In this document: positions 37,425-50,489 of the stretch, piece after piece
Layout: each line of letters begins with the position of its first letter
Numbering within the stretch: the stretch's first letter is position 1
Assembly: GCA_964016885.1 (NCBI GenBank)
Contig: OZ024743.1
Coordinates: 150,536,001 to 150,600,000 of the forward strand
Direction of reading: 5' to 3'
DNA from: Eledone cirrhosa
Lineage: Eukaryota
DNA: 64,000 nucleotides
Notes under the pieces: model-generated
The model's database searches: none
The model's input: only the letters and a program-made list of their open reading frames with translations
Told to the model about the DNA's origin: nothing
Program-made: the position numbers and the translations under genes

Positions 37425-40400
37425 ATGTAGGAGGTGAGTTTTATTGTAGTACAATAAAGCAATGCAGATATCGGATAAGAAGCACTCTACAGTTTGTAGG
37501 ACTGGAGTATACATAATATAAGATCAAAAGATGGTTAAAGGAGTTCCATGTATTTTATTATGCGCATTTCAAAAACAAACATCATCATGCAATAATATTT
37601 GTGTTTTCATCAGATAAAACAGGAGAACATGATATGAAGGCTAAAAAACACTTGTGGATAGTGCAGTCAACATATGAAAAGTGGTTTTAGATTGATGTGT
37701 GATATTGGGAAAAATATTTTATTTAGAGAGGGGGGGGGGGGGAAAGGATGAAAAAGGGAAGGAGATGAGAGGGAGAGATGGGTGATAGAGAGAAAGAGAT
37801 AGTTTTTATAACTGAGAGGAGATATATTGTTTTACATAGAGAGGTTGAAAACCGTTGGAAGATAATGTATAAATTAAAAATTAAAAAAAATTTTGAAAAT
37901 TAACGAAGGGAGGATACGTGCGAGGAAAAAATATTTTATTTAGGGAGGGGGGGGGGTGGAAAGGATGAAAAAAGGGGGAGGAGATGAGAGTGAAGGTGGA
38001 GAGGGAGAGATGGGTGATAGAGAGAAAGAGATAGTTTTTATAACTGAGAAAAAGATATATAGTTTTACATAGAGAGGTTGGGAACCGTTGGAAGATAATG
38101 TATAAATTAAAGGAATTTGAAAATTAACGAAGGGAATTTATGTATGAAGATAGAGAGAAAAAATAATAATTGTGGATGAATATTCTAACGTCAAAAAAAG
38201 AAATGTATGTTGATAAGATATTGTGGCAATTTCAAAATTAACGAAGAGAAAAATTATTAAGGTTTGTGTGTAGAAGGATTTGAGAAAAATAATGTGGAGT
38301 TAAAGTTTGTATATTGAATATGCGAATAAAGAGTTAATATGTATTAATAATGAGTTCGTTGATGGGGAGAAAAAAAAATAATAAATTAAGGATGAAATTG
38401 AGATTAAAAAGATTTATGATTGAGAGAAAAAATAATAATGATTGCGGATGAATATTCTAACGTCAAAACAACAAATGTATATGTTATGATTTTACAAGGT
38501 GGAGATAGAATGAGGGTAATGAGTAAACAAGTATTATAGAGTGTATAATGCCCTTTAAAGTAAGGTAGATGGGTATATTTTAAAGAGGTGTATGTATATG
38601 TGCCTTTGAGAAAAGATTCTAAATTGATAAAGAATTGAATATTAACTGTATACTTTGTGAAAAGTTCTATGGAATTTATGCAGGCAGATAGAAAACAAAT
38701 CTGTACGTCTATTTATTATAGAATCTAGGTTAGAGATAATGGTAAACTTTTCATTTAGGCAGAGATTACAGATTTTAGATAGAGAGCTGTTCAAGTATGA
38801 GGATGCAGAAGAAATCTTCTTCCAAAAGATGGTATATTTAATGTTTTTGTCTTTTAAGGACCATATGAGTTCTGAGAGAGCAGTGTTGGTTCTTTTAAGT
38901 TTGTATTTGAAAGATGAATGATGATTATAGAGACGAGCTTTAAAAGAGGTGGAAGTGGAGCCAAAATAGGTGAAGGAATTGGTGCTAGTTATAATTTTAC
39001 ATTCATAAATTAAGTTTTTATCGAGACAATGGTTGTTGAGAGGACATTTATTTTTAATGCGGCAGTTGCAATTAGAGAGATTATTAATGAGTGACCTAGT
39101 GTTATCTATAGAAGGAATTGGATTGGAGAAGTTGTTTGCGATAGGAATAATAGGAATAATAGTTTCTTGATTTAGAGTTGGATTATGAACATTTAGCGAA
39201 GTTGTGTTTGACGTTGTATTTGGGTTTACAGAAGTTAGCCTAGGGTTTACAATGACGTCGGGAGTACTATTACTGTTATTATGAAATTCAATATTGGAAG
39301 GAAGAGATTTAGTATTTAGTATTTTATTGTTGTGTTTAGAGATGATGTTGGAAATATTGGAGGATGTAGAATACGAAAATTTGATGGTGTGTTTGTTAAA
39401 TATTTTACTATAGATATGTGAGGGAGGGAAGCATTTATTTAAGGCACTAAAAAATAATTTAGGAATATTGTTATTAATAGAGATGTTATTAATTTAGGAA
39501 TATTGTTATTAATAGAGATGTTATTAATTTAGGAATATTGTTATTAATAGAGATGTTATTAATAGAGTTGTTTTGACGTTAGAATATTCATCCGCAATCA
39601 TTATTATTTTTTCTCTCTATCATAAATCTTTTTAATCTCAATTTCATCCTTAATTTTTTTTTTTTTTCTCCCCATCAACGAACTCATTATTAATACATAT
39701 TAACTCTTTATTCGCATATATTATCAATTCCTTCAATATACAAACTTTAACTCCACATTATTTTTCTCAAATCCTTCTACACACAAACCTTAATAATTTT
39801 TCTCTTCGTTAATTTTGAAATTGCCACAATATCTTATCAACATACATTTCTTTTTTTGACGTTAGAATATTCATCCACAATTATTATTTTTTCTCTCTAT
39901 CTTCATACATAAATTCCCTTCGTTAATTTTCAAATTCCTTTAATTTATACATTATCTTCCAACGGTTCCCAACCTCTCTATGTAAAACTATATATCTTTT
40001 TCTCAGTTATAAAAACTATCTCTTTCTCTCTATCACCCATCTCTCCCTCTCCACCTTCACTCTCATCTCCTCCCCCTTTTTTCATCCTTTCCACCCCCCA
40101 CCCCCTCCCTAAATAAAATATTTTTTCCTCGCACGTATCCTCCCTTCGTTAATTTTCAAAATTTTTTTTAATTTTTAATTTATACATTATCTTCCAACGG
40201 TTTTCAACCTCTCTATGTAAAACAATATATCTCCTCTCAGTTATAAAAACTATCTCTTTCTCTCTATCACCCATCTCTCCCTCTCATCTCCTTCCCTTTT
40301 TCATCCTTTCCCCCCCCCCCTCTCTAAATAAAATATTTTTCCCAATATCACACATCAATCTAAAACCACTTTTCATATGTTGACTGCACTATCCACAAGT

Positions 40401-40537
40401 GTTTTTTAGCCTTCATATCATGTTCTCCTGTTTTATCTGATGAAAACACAAATATTATTGCATGATGATGTTTGTTTTTGAAATGCGCATAATAAAATAC
40501 ATGGAACTCCTTTAACCATCTTTTGATCTTATATTAT
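37425..40537 (-). mobile_element. 5'-truncated PLE with ~960-bp inverted pLTRs
   Basis: IR 37513-38472 / 39567-40537; minus-strand GIY-YIG remnant ~38560-39490 (CNCRIKNKCPL, TYFGSTSTSFKAR, CNLCLNE). Confidence 0.92.
40431..40497 (+). ncRNA. Type I hammerhead ribozyme (mirror copy 37553-37619, - strand)
   Basis: ttttat-CTGATGA-aaaca..tgttt-GAAA-TGCGCA-TA-ataaaa. Confidence 0.88.
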
Positions 40538-40545
40538 ATATATAT

Positions 40546-41241
40546 ATATAGTTCAAGAATTGACAAGACAAACACAGAGATGCAAAAACACAATCTAATT
40601 AGTTGCACACTTGAGAAGAAGTTAATGAGGGTTTCAATTTATCAGACATATGTCTTTCTCGAGGAAATAGCATGTTCAGAAAAAAGAGAGAGTAAAGGTT
40701 GGAACACTAGCATGGGTTAGACGGGTTGTCCCACTAAAAGCAGGTTGGGGTAGGTGTCCATGTCTTGCTCACACAAAACTGTTGCTGGCTTAGTTTCTAT
40801 GGCTGGATACCCTTCCTAAGGATATATCATCATCATCATCATCATCATCACTGTTTTACGTCCGTTCTTCCACGCTAGTATGGGTTAGACGTGTTGTGCT
40901 GTTGTGGGCAGTGTCTGGTCGGCTGACCTTGTCTTGCTCATACAGGAACTGATTCTGGCTTGATTTTTACAGCTAGATGCCCTTCCTAACACCAACCTCA
41001 TTTACAGTGAGTGCTGGGTGATTTTTTACCATGGCGCCTACACGTCCACTTTACAGTGTGGGCTGGGTGCTTTTTTGCCATGGCACCTCCATGACCACTT
41101 TGCAGTGGGAGGGTGCTATTTCCTCAAGAAAGACGTATGTCTGATAAATTGAAACCCTCATTAACTTCTTCTCAAGTGTGCAACTAATAAGACTGTGTTT
41201 TTGCATCTCTGTGTTTGTTTTGTCAATTCTTGAACTATATA
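40546..41241. mobile_element. Element with ~127-bp terminal inverted repeats enclosing RTE 3'-end fragments
   Basis: IR 40546-40672 / 41114-41241; interior has two minus-strand RTE termini (catgggttagacg, (CAT)n). Confidence 0.75.
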
Positions 41242-41524
41242 CATACATATATGTATATGTATGTATATATATGACTAATTGTTTTTGTATCTGTGTGTAA
41301 GTCATTTTTTATTATATATAAATTTATATATATATATATTTATTAAAATAACAGATTAAAGTTTAAGCAAAAAATCGCTGCTTTCACCCACTCTTTGGAT
41401 TTTAGTCTTCAAATTTATTATTATTACTATATATATAGCCTTAATATATATATATACTTGTTTAATATTACCCACATTTTATATATATAAGTATATATAT
41501 ATATTAATACAATTATATATGATG

Positions 41525-44455
41525 ATGGGTTAGGTGGGGTGGGCATATTACTGGCTGAGAGATGGATCAATAAGACAATAGAGGTAGTTAGAGTTAGTAA
41601 TAGAATAATTAAGCTTAGATTAGTTGTAGGCAGGAGACTACTGACAATCATCTCTGCCTATGCTCCCCAGGCAGACCTAGGTAAAGAGAAATCAAGCCAG
41701 AATCAATTCCTGTATGAGCATGACAAGAAGAGAAAGACTGCTTTTACGAGCAACTTTTACAAATAGCCCCAATGACAGAGGACGTTATGCTAGCAGGGGA
41801 CTTCAATGGACATGTTGGACAGCTCCAGGATGGATACACTGGGGTACATGGTGGGCACAGTTACGGCTCAAGAAATGAAGGAGTGAGGCTTCTTGAATTT
41901 TGTGATGCAAATGCACTAATCATTTACAACACTAACTTCCAGAAGCCTACCAACCACCCTATAACCTACAAATCAGGTGAGCACATAAGCCAGATTGACT
42001 TCCTGCTAGTTAGACAGCGAGGCAGACAGATGGTGTCAAATACTAAGGTATACCCCGGGGAAGAATGTACCCCACAGCATAGGTTAGTTGTTAGTGACAT
42101 CTCAGTAAGCAAGAGAAAGAATGAGACATACAGGAAGGTGTGGAAAAGAAAGGTCTGGAAGCTAAAAGACCTTTCACTAAAATATAAATTGAGCAAGCCC
42201 TTCAAGATGTGTATGACGAAAAAGAAGACGATTTAGAGTTGTATGATGTAGATGATAACTAGAATTTCTTGAGTGACAACTTACTGCAGGCTACTGAAGA
42301 AACTTGTGGTTGGGGCAGAGCTTCAACCAGCCAGAGAGTAACCTGGTGGTGGAACAGCACGGTAGATAGGGCCATTAGAGACAAAAGACTAGCATGGAAG
42401 GCTTGGAAAAATGGTGGGAGTAGAGAAAACATAGGGATACACAGCCGCTAAGAGAGAAGCTAGATGTCAGGTGTACTTAGCACGCAGGAAGGCTGAGAGT
42501 AGGAGATTTGCCAATGTTCTGTGTCAGGAAGATCAGAGACGTGTGGTGTTCCGCATTGCAAGGCAATGTGTCACTGAAAATCAGGATGTTGTTGAAGCTA
42601 AGTGTGTCCGGAATGATGCCGGTGTACTTAGTGTCACGAATTATCAAAAAAAGGAGGCCTGGAAATGTCATTATGAGAGACTGATGAATGTGGAGAACGA
42701 ATGGGACAGAAAGAAATTACCCCCAGTAGACCCGACAGGCAGACCAGCTATTGAGATTGACGAAAATGGGGTACAAGAGGCAATTAAGGAAATGAAGAAT
42801 GGTAAGGCTGCTGGACTATTGGGGATAGTTTCTGAGATGCTGAAGGCATCAGGAGAAGTAGGCACTAAACTAGTTGCACGCATCATTAAACAAGCTATAT
42901 ATGGTGGTGTCATACCCAAAGACTGGTGCAGCAGTATTCTCATAAATTGCTACAAAGGTAAAGGGGATGCTCTAGATAGGAGCAATTATAGGGGCATAAA
43001 GCTGATGGATCAGGTTATGAAAGTGGCAGAGAGAATATTAGCACAACTGATAAGAGAAAGGGTCAAATTAGATGAGATGCAGTTTGGTTTCGTGCCTCGA
43101 AAAGTACAGCAGATGCCCTCTTCTTAGTGAAGCAACTACAAGAGAGGTTCTTAGAGAAGAATAAGCCACTATACTTAGCTTTTGTTGACCTAAAGAAGGC
43201 CTTTGATAAGGTACCCCGATCTGTCATCTGGTGGTCCCTAAGGAAACTAGGTGTAGAAGAATGGTTTGTGGGGACAGTGCAAGCTATGTACAGGGGTGCT
43301 GTCAGTAAAGTGAGAACAGGAATGGAGTTTAGTGAGGAATTCCAGATACAAGTAGGTGTACATCAGGGTTCGGTCCTCAGCCCACTCTTGTTCATTATAG
43401 TCCTCCAAGCCATAACAGAGGAGTTTAAGACTGGCTGCCCATGGGAACTTCTCTATGCTGATGATCTGGTTCTTATAGCCGAATCAGTAGAGGAGCTAGA
43501 GAATAAATTCTGGCTATGGAAACAGCAGTTGGAATCAAGAGGCCTGAGAGTGAACATAACTAAAACAAAAGTGTTGATAAGTAGAAGAGAGGACAATACT
43601 CTGATTCCATCAGGGAAATGGCCATGTTCGATATGTAGGAAAGGAACTGGCATAAATTCCATAAAATGTACGCAATGTAGATCTTGGGTACACAAGAGAT
43701 GTAGTGGGATAGCAGGCAAACTAACAGGTAGGGAAAACTACGTATGCAGTAGATGTACAGGGAAAGTTGACAGTAGTAATCACAGTGATTGACACATTTC
43801 TCAAATGCAGGTGGGTTCTATAGAAGTGGTTGATAGCTTCTGGTACCTAGATGATCAGATTAGCATGGGAGGGGCATGTTCCAAGGCCATAGTATCTAGA
43901 ATAAGGACAGGTTAAAAGAAGTTTAGGGAGCTGCTTCCTCTGTTGACAAAGAAGGGTTACTTCCTGCATACGAAAGGACGGTTATATGATGCTTGTGTGA
44001 GATGCGCAATGCTGCATGGTAGTGAGACATGGGCAGCAACTGCAGAAGATATGAGACGGCTGGAGAGAAATGAAGCAAGTATGCTCCGTTGGATGTGCAA
44101 TGCCAATGTATGTGAACGACCAAGCATAGACGAGTTGAGAAAGAAACTGGGTATAAGGGGGATAAGTTGTGGTGTGCAAGAGAGAAGGCTGAGATGGTAT
44201 GGACATGAGATGCACATGGAGGATGACCGCTGGGTAAAGAAGTGCCAAGAAATCCCAGTGGAAGGAAGACGCAGTAGAGGTAGACCACGAAAAACATGGG
44301 CGGAGGTGGTGAGAGCAGACCTCAGATCGCTGAAACTCACCAAGGCGATGACAAAGGACCGTGACAAGTGGAGAGATGCTGTGCTGAATAGGACCCGTCC
44401 AGCCCTTGGAAGCAGGGAAAAGCGGACGTAAAATGATGATGATGATGATAATGAT
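41525..44455 (+). mobile_element. Near full-length RTE LINE (APE-RT with PHD-like finger), frameshifted
   Basis: ISAYAPQ, AGDFNGHVG, QIDFLL, QHRLV, NYRGIKL, FVDLKKAFD, HQGSVLSP, LYADD, GRPRKTW; (GAT)n tail. Confidence 0.95.
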
Positions 44456-45256
44456 ATATATATATATATCTTTAATAAAAGGAATATATATATATATGTA
44501 GATAGATATAATCAGTTTTCACTTCGCTTTCCATGTCAACAAGGTTTGAGTGAGATTGTGTGTGCATGATCATCATTTTATGTTTGCTTTCCATGCTGTT
44601 ATAGGTTAGACATTTGGCATAGATTCTGTGGCTGGATACTCTTTCTAACACCCACCACTTTACAGACTATGAGGCTCTAGCAGCACTATTAATTCACAAT
44701 AAGACACAATAAACTCAAAAGGATCACAAAACATCACAGAAAAAAATTCCATATCTGTTGCTCCTCTTCTTCACCTTTCATTATTGCTTGACATCAAAGA
44801 AAATATCTGATAGAGAAGACTACGCTGACAATGTTCAATAGAAAGTCTTAGCTTCCAAAAATACCTAAAGAAAAAATGGAAATTCAATATCAGCTGAAAT
44901 CTGAAATTCTTTATATTTAGTACCCATTATCTTACTGGTATTGAAGCAATGATTTAATAGATGTCATATTCCATTATGTTACACTGACTAACTTTAGCTT
45001 TGAAAAAATTGTTTTTAATTAAAATTAAGATGAAAAATTATGCTTTCCTTGTGATTAAGATAAAAAAATAACATTAATTTCACATTATATACAAGGAATT
45101 AGTTTTCCAAATGAACAATATATTAATTACTTTAGATAACAGATCATAAAACATTTTCAAATGGCTAACTACTCCAGTAGAAGACTTAACATCTAAAATT
45201 TCTTTAGCTAGTCTCTAATGCATTAATCAGCTGTGTTTTCGAAGATTGGTTAATAG

Positions 45257-45296
<40 letters not shown>

Positions 45297-47108
45297 TAAC
45301 ATGGAGTTCAATTACAATTTATTATGTAAATATATTCATTCTGATGAATGTCTTCAAGGTAGTTCAATTTGAGAAGAAATTATTAAAAATATCAAATATA
45401 ACAAAATAAAAAGTTTAAATTACTTTGAAAGAAGGATGGTAAAATATTGCAGATTGGAACCAAGATTTAAAAATTACAAAAGCAGATTCTAAAGAAAATT
45501 TTTGCAAGTAACAGACCTGATAGAAGAAAAAAATATTAAAAATCATCAGATTAAACACAGGATATTACTTTATAATATGATCATTACTAACAACAGTAGC
45601 TGCTTTAATGCTCACACCAAAGCTGGCTTTCATTTATTCTCCCTCCTTCTTTCTCATATAACTAATAGTTTTAGTGCCTTTTTTCAAGCAAAGCTCTTCC
45701 ATAACTTGACATTCGATTAGCCCCTTTTCAGAAAGAAAGTTTCCAAATTCCTTTGTAAGGACAGTTAATGATCCTCATTACAATAAGAATGATTTTTGTT
45801 TGCTTATTTTTTGTTTACTATTAGATCACTCCTGGTTTTTATCCCAATATTGGAATATCCTTTTGATCCAGCACAACATACACTATTTACCTTTTAATGT
45901 TTATCATTGTATATTCAGTTTCTGCTAACATTTTCCTAATATAATTTTAATGGCAGTTATTGAATAATGTTTGCTATTTACTGCACACTGTGATATTCAA
46001 ATCATTTGTAGCCGGAGAAGTGCAGATTTTGTTTGAAAATATCAGATATTGATGTGTTCACAGACTAAATTTATTTTATTACCAAGTTCTCTTTATATTT
46101 GTTCTTTGTTTGATTAATCAACGAAATACAAACAGTTCCAACAACGAAATAAATACCATGCTATAGGGAAGAAAAGAAATCTAACATTTCAAACAGAACC
46201 CTTCATTGTAGGGAGTTTATGTGTTTACTACTACTGCTTGATAGCTTATCATCCTGTAACACCAGTAAACATTTCAGCTCTCTCTAATGAGGAATTCTGT
46301 TTAAAACATAAAATGTTTCTTCCAAGTGGCATAAATTTATCCTACTATTTAAATTCTTTATATTACTTGTTCATTTAGAGGCTACTGTTTTACTAATCAA
46401 ATGAGAGGTGTGGGTTTGACTTCATATGAGTGCTGATATATCCAAAATTAAATTAAGGGTTGTCATGTCTGAGAGACATGCACCATATCCACTGCAGAAT
46501 AAGCTCAAAGATTCCAATGAATAGATCCGAGCATTTCATATCAACTAGAACTAGATTGACATATATATATAAAATAAACATATGGAACAATCACAGGGAA
46601 TAATTTGTAAAGTATGTAAGCACACATAGCTAGTTAGGTACCCAATTAAAGTTTAACGAGAACTTCAAATATAGATACCTTTTAAAATGATTAATCTCCT
46701 TTGTATATATTTTTTTTAAATAAAAAATATATTTCACCAATTAATCAGTAAATCACAGTAGTCAAATCCTGGATGGTCACCAAAGGAGAAGATATAACTA
46801 TGCTTACATACTTTACAAATTTGAAGTTCTAGTTAAACTTTAATTGGTTACCTACCTAGCTATGTGTGTGCTGTTATGCATTTTTTTCTGTTCACTGGGT
46901 TTATACACCCCATTATTAGACCATATTATAGTCAAAATATTATGGTAAAAATTTCTATTTCTATTTCAATGGTATATTATATTCTGCTTCCTAAATTATT
47001 CCTTATTTCCATTCAATATATAACCATCCATCAACTATCAGCTCATAATCCTTCTTCCCTCAGTTCTCATTAGTAATCTAATAGTTAAATAGTTTATAAG
47101 TTTCTTTC

Positions 47109-47383
47109 TGTTGTATTCCTCTCGGTACTCGCAGAGAAAACACAACGAGTTATATCAAATAATTTGTGTATTGTACGAAACAACCAAAACGCCCCTCCTC
47201 ACAGTAGCAGAATAACAAAGTAAGTGCAGCAGTCTGTGACCGAGTTTTTAATACCAACGCTGACTGACTGCCCAGGTCACGTGATTCATATGCAAATGTG
47301 TGAGCACGTGTAAATTGAATAAAACGAATTTAACAGTCCATACAACAATGAGGTTGTGAGTTCGATTCCCAGTCCATACAACA
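47109..47383 (-). repeat. 3' LTR
   Basis: About 5 substitutions and a 2-bp indel versus the 5' LTR by eye. Confidence 0.95.
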
Positions 47384-47417
47384 CCTCCCCACCGAAATTG
47401 ATGCGACAAAAGAAGCA

Positions 47418-48756
47418 TCAACAGCAAAGTCTCTCTGGGGGTTTACCAGTTCTCTTGGACCGTCTTCGATTGTCTGGTCCATACTCTGGAACGGGCAATA
47501 AGGTCTTGGGTCTGGTCTGTCTTGGAGTTAGTGGCACGATTTCCGAGATCTCCATCGGGTGATCTGTTGCAAATTCAAAAATAGTGTCTACTGCATCACC
47601 AGGTTCATTGTCTTCCTCAGTAGTGTACCGTGGTTGCAGCTGTTCCCAGTGTCGTCTCCACACCGGGCCATGAGGTATGACCTTAACGTTGAAGCAGCGA
47701 GTACCCAATGACTTCTTAATGATTGCTGGTACCCATCGGGGATCTTTGTCTCGGCGAGGTCCGTAGTACAGTGCATACACAGGATCTCCAGCCTTGTACT
47801 GCCTGGTAACCTTAGCGACACCTGCCGAGTCCGGAGTCATCTGAGACTTATATGCTTCCTTAGACTGCTTGCCTTGAGCGATGTGTGCTGGCGAGGGCAG
47901 CAGAGAATCAATCCTTGTCCGTATCTGCCGGTGATTCAAAAGTTCACTCGGAGAGAATCCACCGCTTCGGCGGAAGAGAAGTCTTCCTCAGAGCTTGTTT
48001 GAAGGTCTGCACCAAACGTTCCGCTGCTCCGTTCGTAGCTGGGTGGTAAGGTGCCCCTGTCAGGTGCGTCATCCCACGTTCTTTGCACCAGCTCTGGAAC
48101 TCCTCAGAAATAAAAGTTGGTGCGTTATCGGTGACTAGCGTGTGAAGAAATCCGAAGTGCGCAAAGTCTTCTTCAAGCAGATCTAAAGTGGCTCTGGAGG
48201 ACGTGGATGACGTAGGATGAATGGATGGATACTTGGAATAAGCATCCGTGATCACCAACCAATTACTGCCCATGAAATTTATTGCGTGGTCCAGGTGTAA
48301 GCGGCTCCACGGCTTTTCAGGTAACATCTATGGGTGAACTGGAGACTTGGAAGGCTGGTTTTGATGTTCACCACACGAATCACATTGTCGACTGGTTTTC
48401 TCTATAGCAGCATCGATACCAGGCCAATAAACAGCAGTTCTTGCCAATTGTTTCATGCGCTTCATGCCAAAGTGTCCGAGATGCAGAAGATTGAGGATCT
48501 TTGGCTGTAAACTATGTGGAATCACAACTCTCGATCCATGGATAAGGCATCCGTGGCAGATACTGAGTGAATCCGATAACTTCCAGAACTTATTGACTTC
48601 GTCATTGATCTCAGTATTCTTTGGTGGCCAGCCTTCACGGACGTAGTGTATCACTGCAGATATAACTGGATCTTTCCCTGACTCTTGACGGAGGACGTTA
48701 GCATCGATAGGTTGGACTTGAAGACTGAGAGCTTTGATCGCGCACACCATGTCCAT
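47418..48756 (-). pseudogene. Gypsy integrase, split by stops/frameshift
   Basis: HLGHFG, WPG, CDSC; RLHLDHA, TDAYSKY, VTDNA, PYHPATNGAAER. Confidence 0.9.
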
Positions 48757-50489
48757 GTCTTCACCATTTTCCTTCCTGTCAAAGTCGATGACAAGCGACT
48801 GAAGGCATCTGCATTGCCATGATCCGCTGTTTTCCGATATTCGATGGTGTAGTCAAACTGGTTCAGCCACAGGGCCCACCGTGCTAGTCGGTTAGCAGCG
48901 AGAAGTGGAGTCCCTTTCCTCGGACTGAACAGTGATGTCAGTGGCTTGTGGTCAGTTACGAGTATAAACTGATGTCCGTACAGATACTGATAGAACTTCT
49001 GCAAGCCAAATATGATGGCCAGGGCTTCCTTTTGAATTTTGCCGGAGTTACGCTGTGCAGAAGTAAGAGTCTTGGACACATTGGATATTGGGCGCTCGCT
49101 TCCATCAAGATAGCGATGAAACAGGACTGCTCCAATACCAACGTTTGACGCGTCGCAAGCCAGTCCCAAAGTTTTGTTTGGATCGAAGTGTATCAGAACT
49201 CGATCCGATGAAAGCACATTTTTCAACTGATCGAAAGCTGACTGTTCTTCATCTCCCCACTTCCAAGTAGTCGTTTTTTTCGTAAGGCAATAGAGTGGCT
49301 CTGCCATGCTGGCCAGGTTTGGGATAAACTTTCCATAGAACTGAACTGAACCCAGGAAAGACTTCAAGCTTGAGACGTTCGTTGGAGGTGGCATCTTTAA
49401 AACTGCTTCGACCTTGGATCCCTTCGCGATCCCTTCAGCCGACAAGGTGTGTCCAAGGTATTCCACACTGGGTAGTGAAAACTGGCACTTGTCACGGCGA
49501 CATCTGAGTCCTTTGTCGCACAGACGTGTAAGCAGACACTTTAGGTTGTTCAGGTGATCGTTTGCATCTTTCCCACTGACGAGCATGTCGTCCTGGAAGA
49601 CGGCCACACCAGGTAGATCTTGAGTCAGGTTTTCCATGATCTCCTGAAAGTAACCAGGTGCTGACTTGATTCCGAAAGGGAGTCGTTCCTGCAGGAGCAC
49701 CCCACGGTGAGTGCTGAGTGCAAGCCTGCGTTGACTTTCTGGAGCCAGCTTGATCTGATTATAGGCATCAGCAAGATCAATCTTTGTGTATCCGAATCCA
49801 CCTCCGAGCTTCTGCATCAGTTCCTCTGGGAGTGGCATTGGATGACGATGATCTGCAAGTTGGTCATTAATTCCCACAGAGTAGTCACCACAAATCCGTA
49901 GTTTGGGCTTCAGGTTGCCTGAAGTATGTGCTTTACGAATCGGTACCACTGGCGTTCCGTATTCGTTGAACTGTACTGGCTTCCAGATTCCTTTGGCGAT
50001 GCCTTCTTCGTAACCTTTGGCCAGGTCATCACGAAGAGCAAACGGGACCGGGCGTGCCTTGTGAAAGACCGGTGTCGCGTCCGACTTTAACTTCACTTCC
50101 AGTTCGAAGTCATTAAGACATCCCGATTCTTGCTTGAAGAGATCTGGGAATTCATCACACATGTTGTGACAATCTCGTTGCATGGAAATATAGGGCTCAT
50201 TTGAGGTCTTTGGATGCATCACTTCTGCACCCTCACTCTTGGTCTGGCTGTCTATGCTTTTCAATCCTAGAGCATTGTCCACGGAAATTCCCAGAGTCTG
50301 GATAGCGTTTCGTCCCAGCAAATTAAGATCAGGGATCTTGGTGACGATGTAGGGTATTGAATTCCGTTTACCGGTCGTTGGATCCTTGGTTGGCCCATGA
50401 AAGTTCCCAGAACGGGCAGGTCGTGCTTGCTGGCAGATTGAAACCGATGTTTGACATCTTGCAGCTTCGGTTTTCCTAATTGTTTCCAA
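48651..50489 (-). pseudogene. Gypsy pol RT-RNase H
   Basis: ARPVP, RICGDY, KIDLADAY, LPFGIKSAP, FQDD, YLGH, ACDAS, EALAI, TDHKPL, NADA. Confidence 0.92.

Noticed and set aside
45590-45790. Possible host exon (also 55770-55860)
   Set aside because: In-frame stops, no clear splice sites, no homology recognisable
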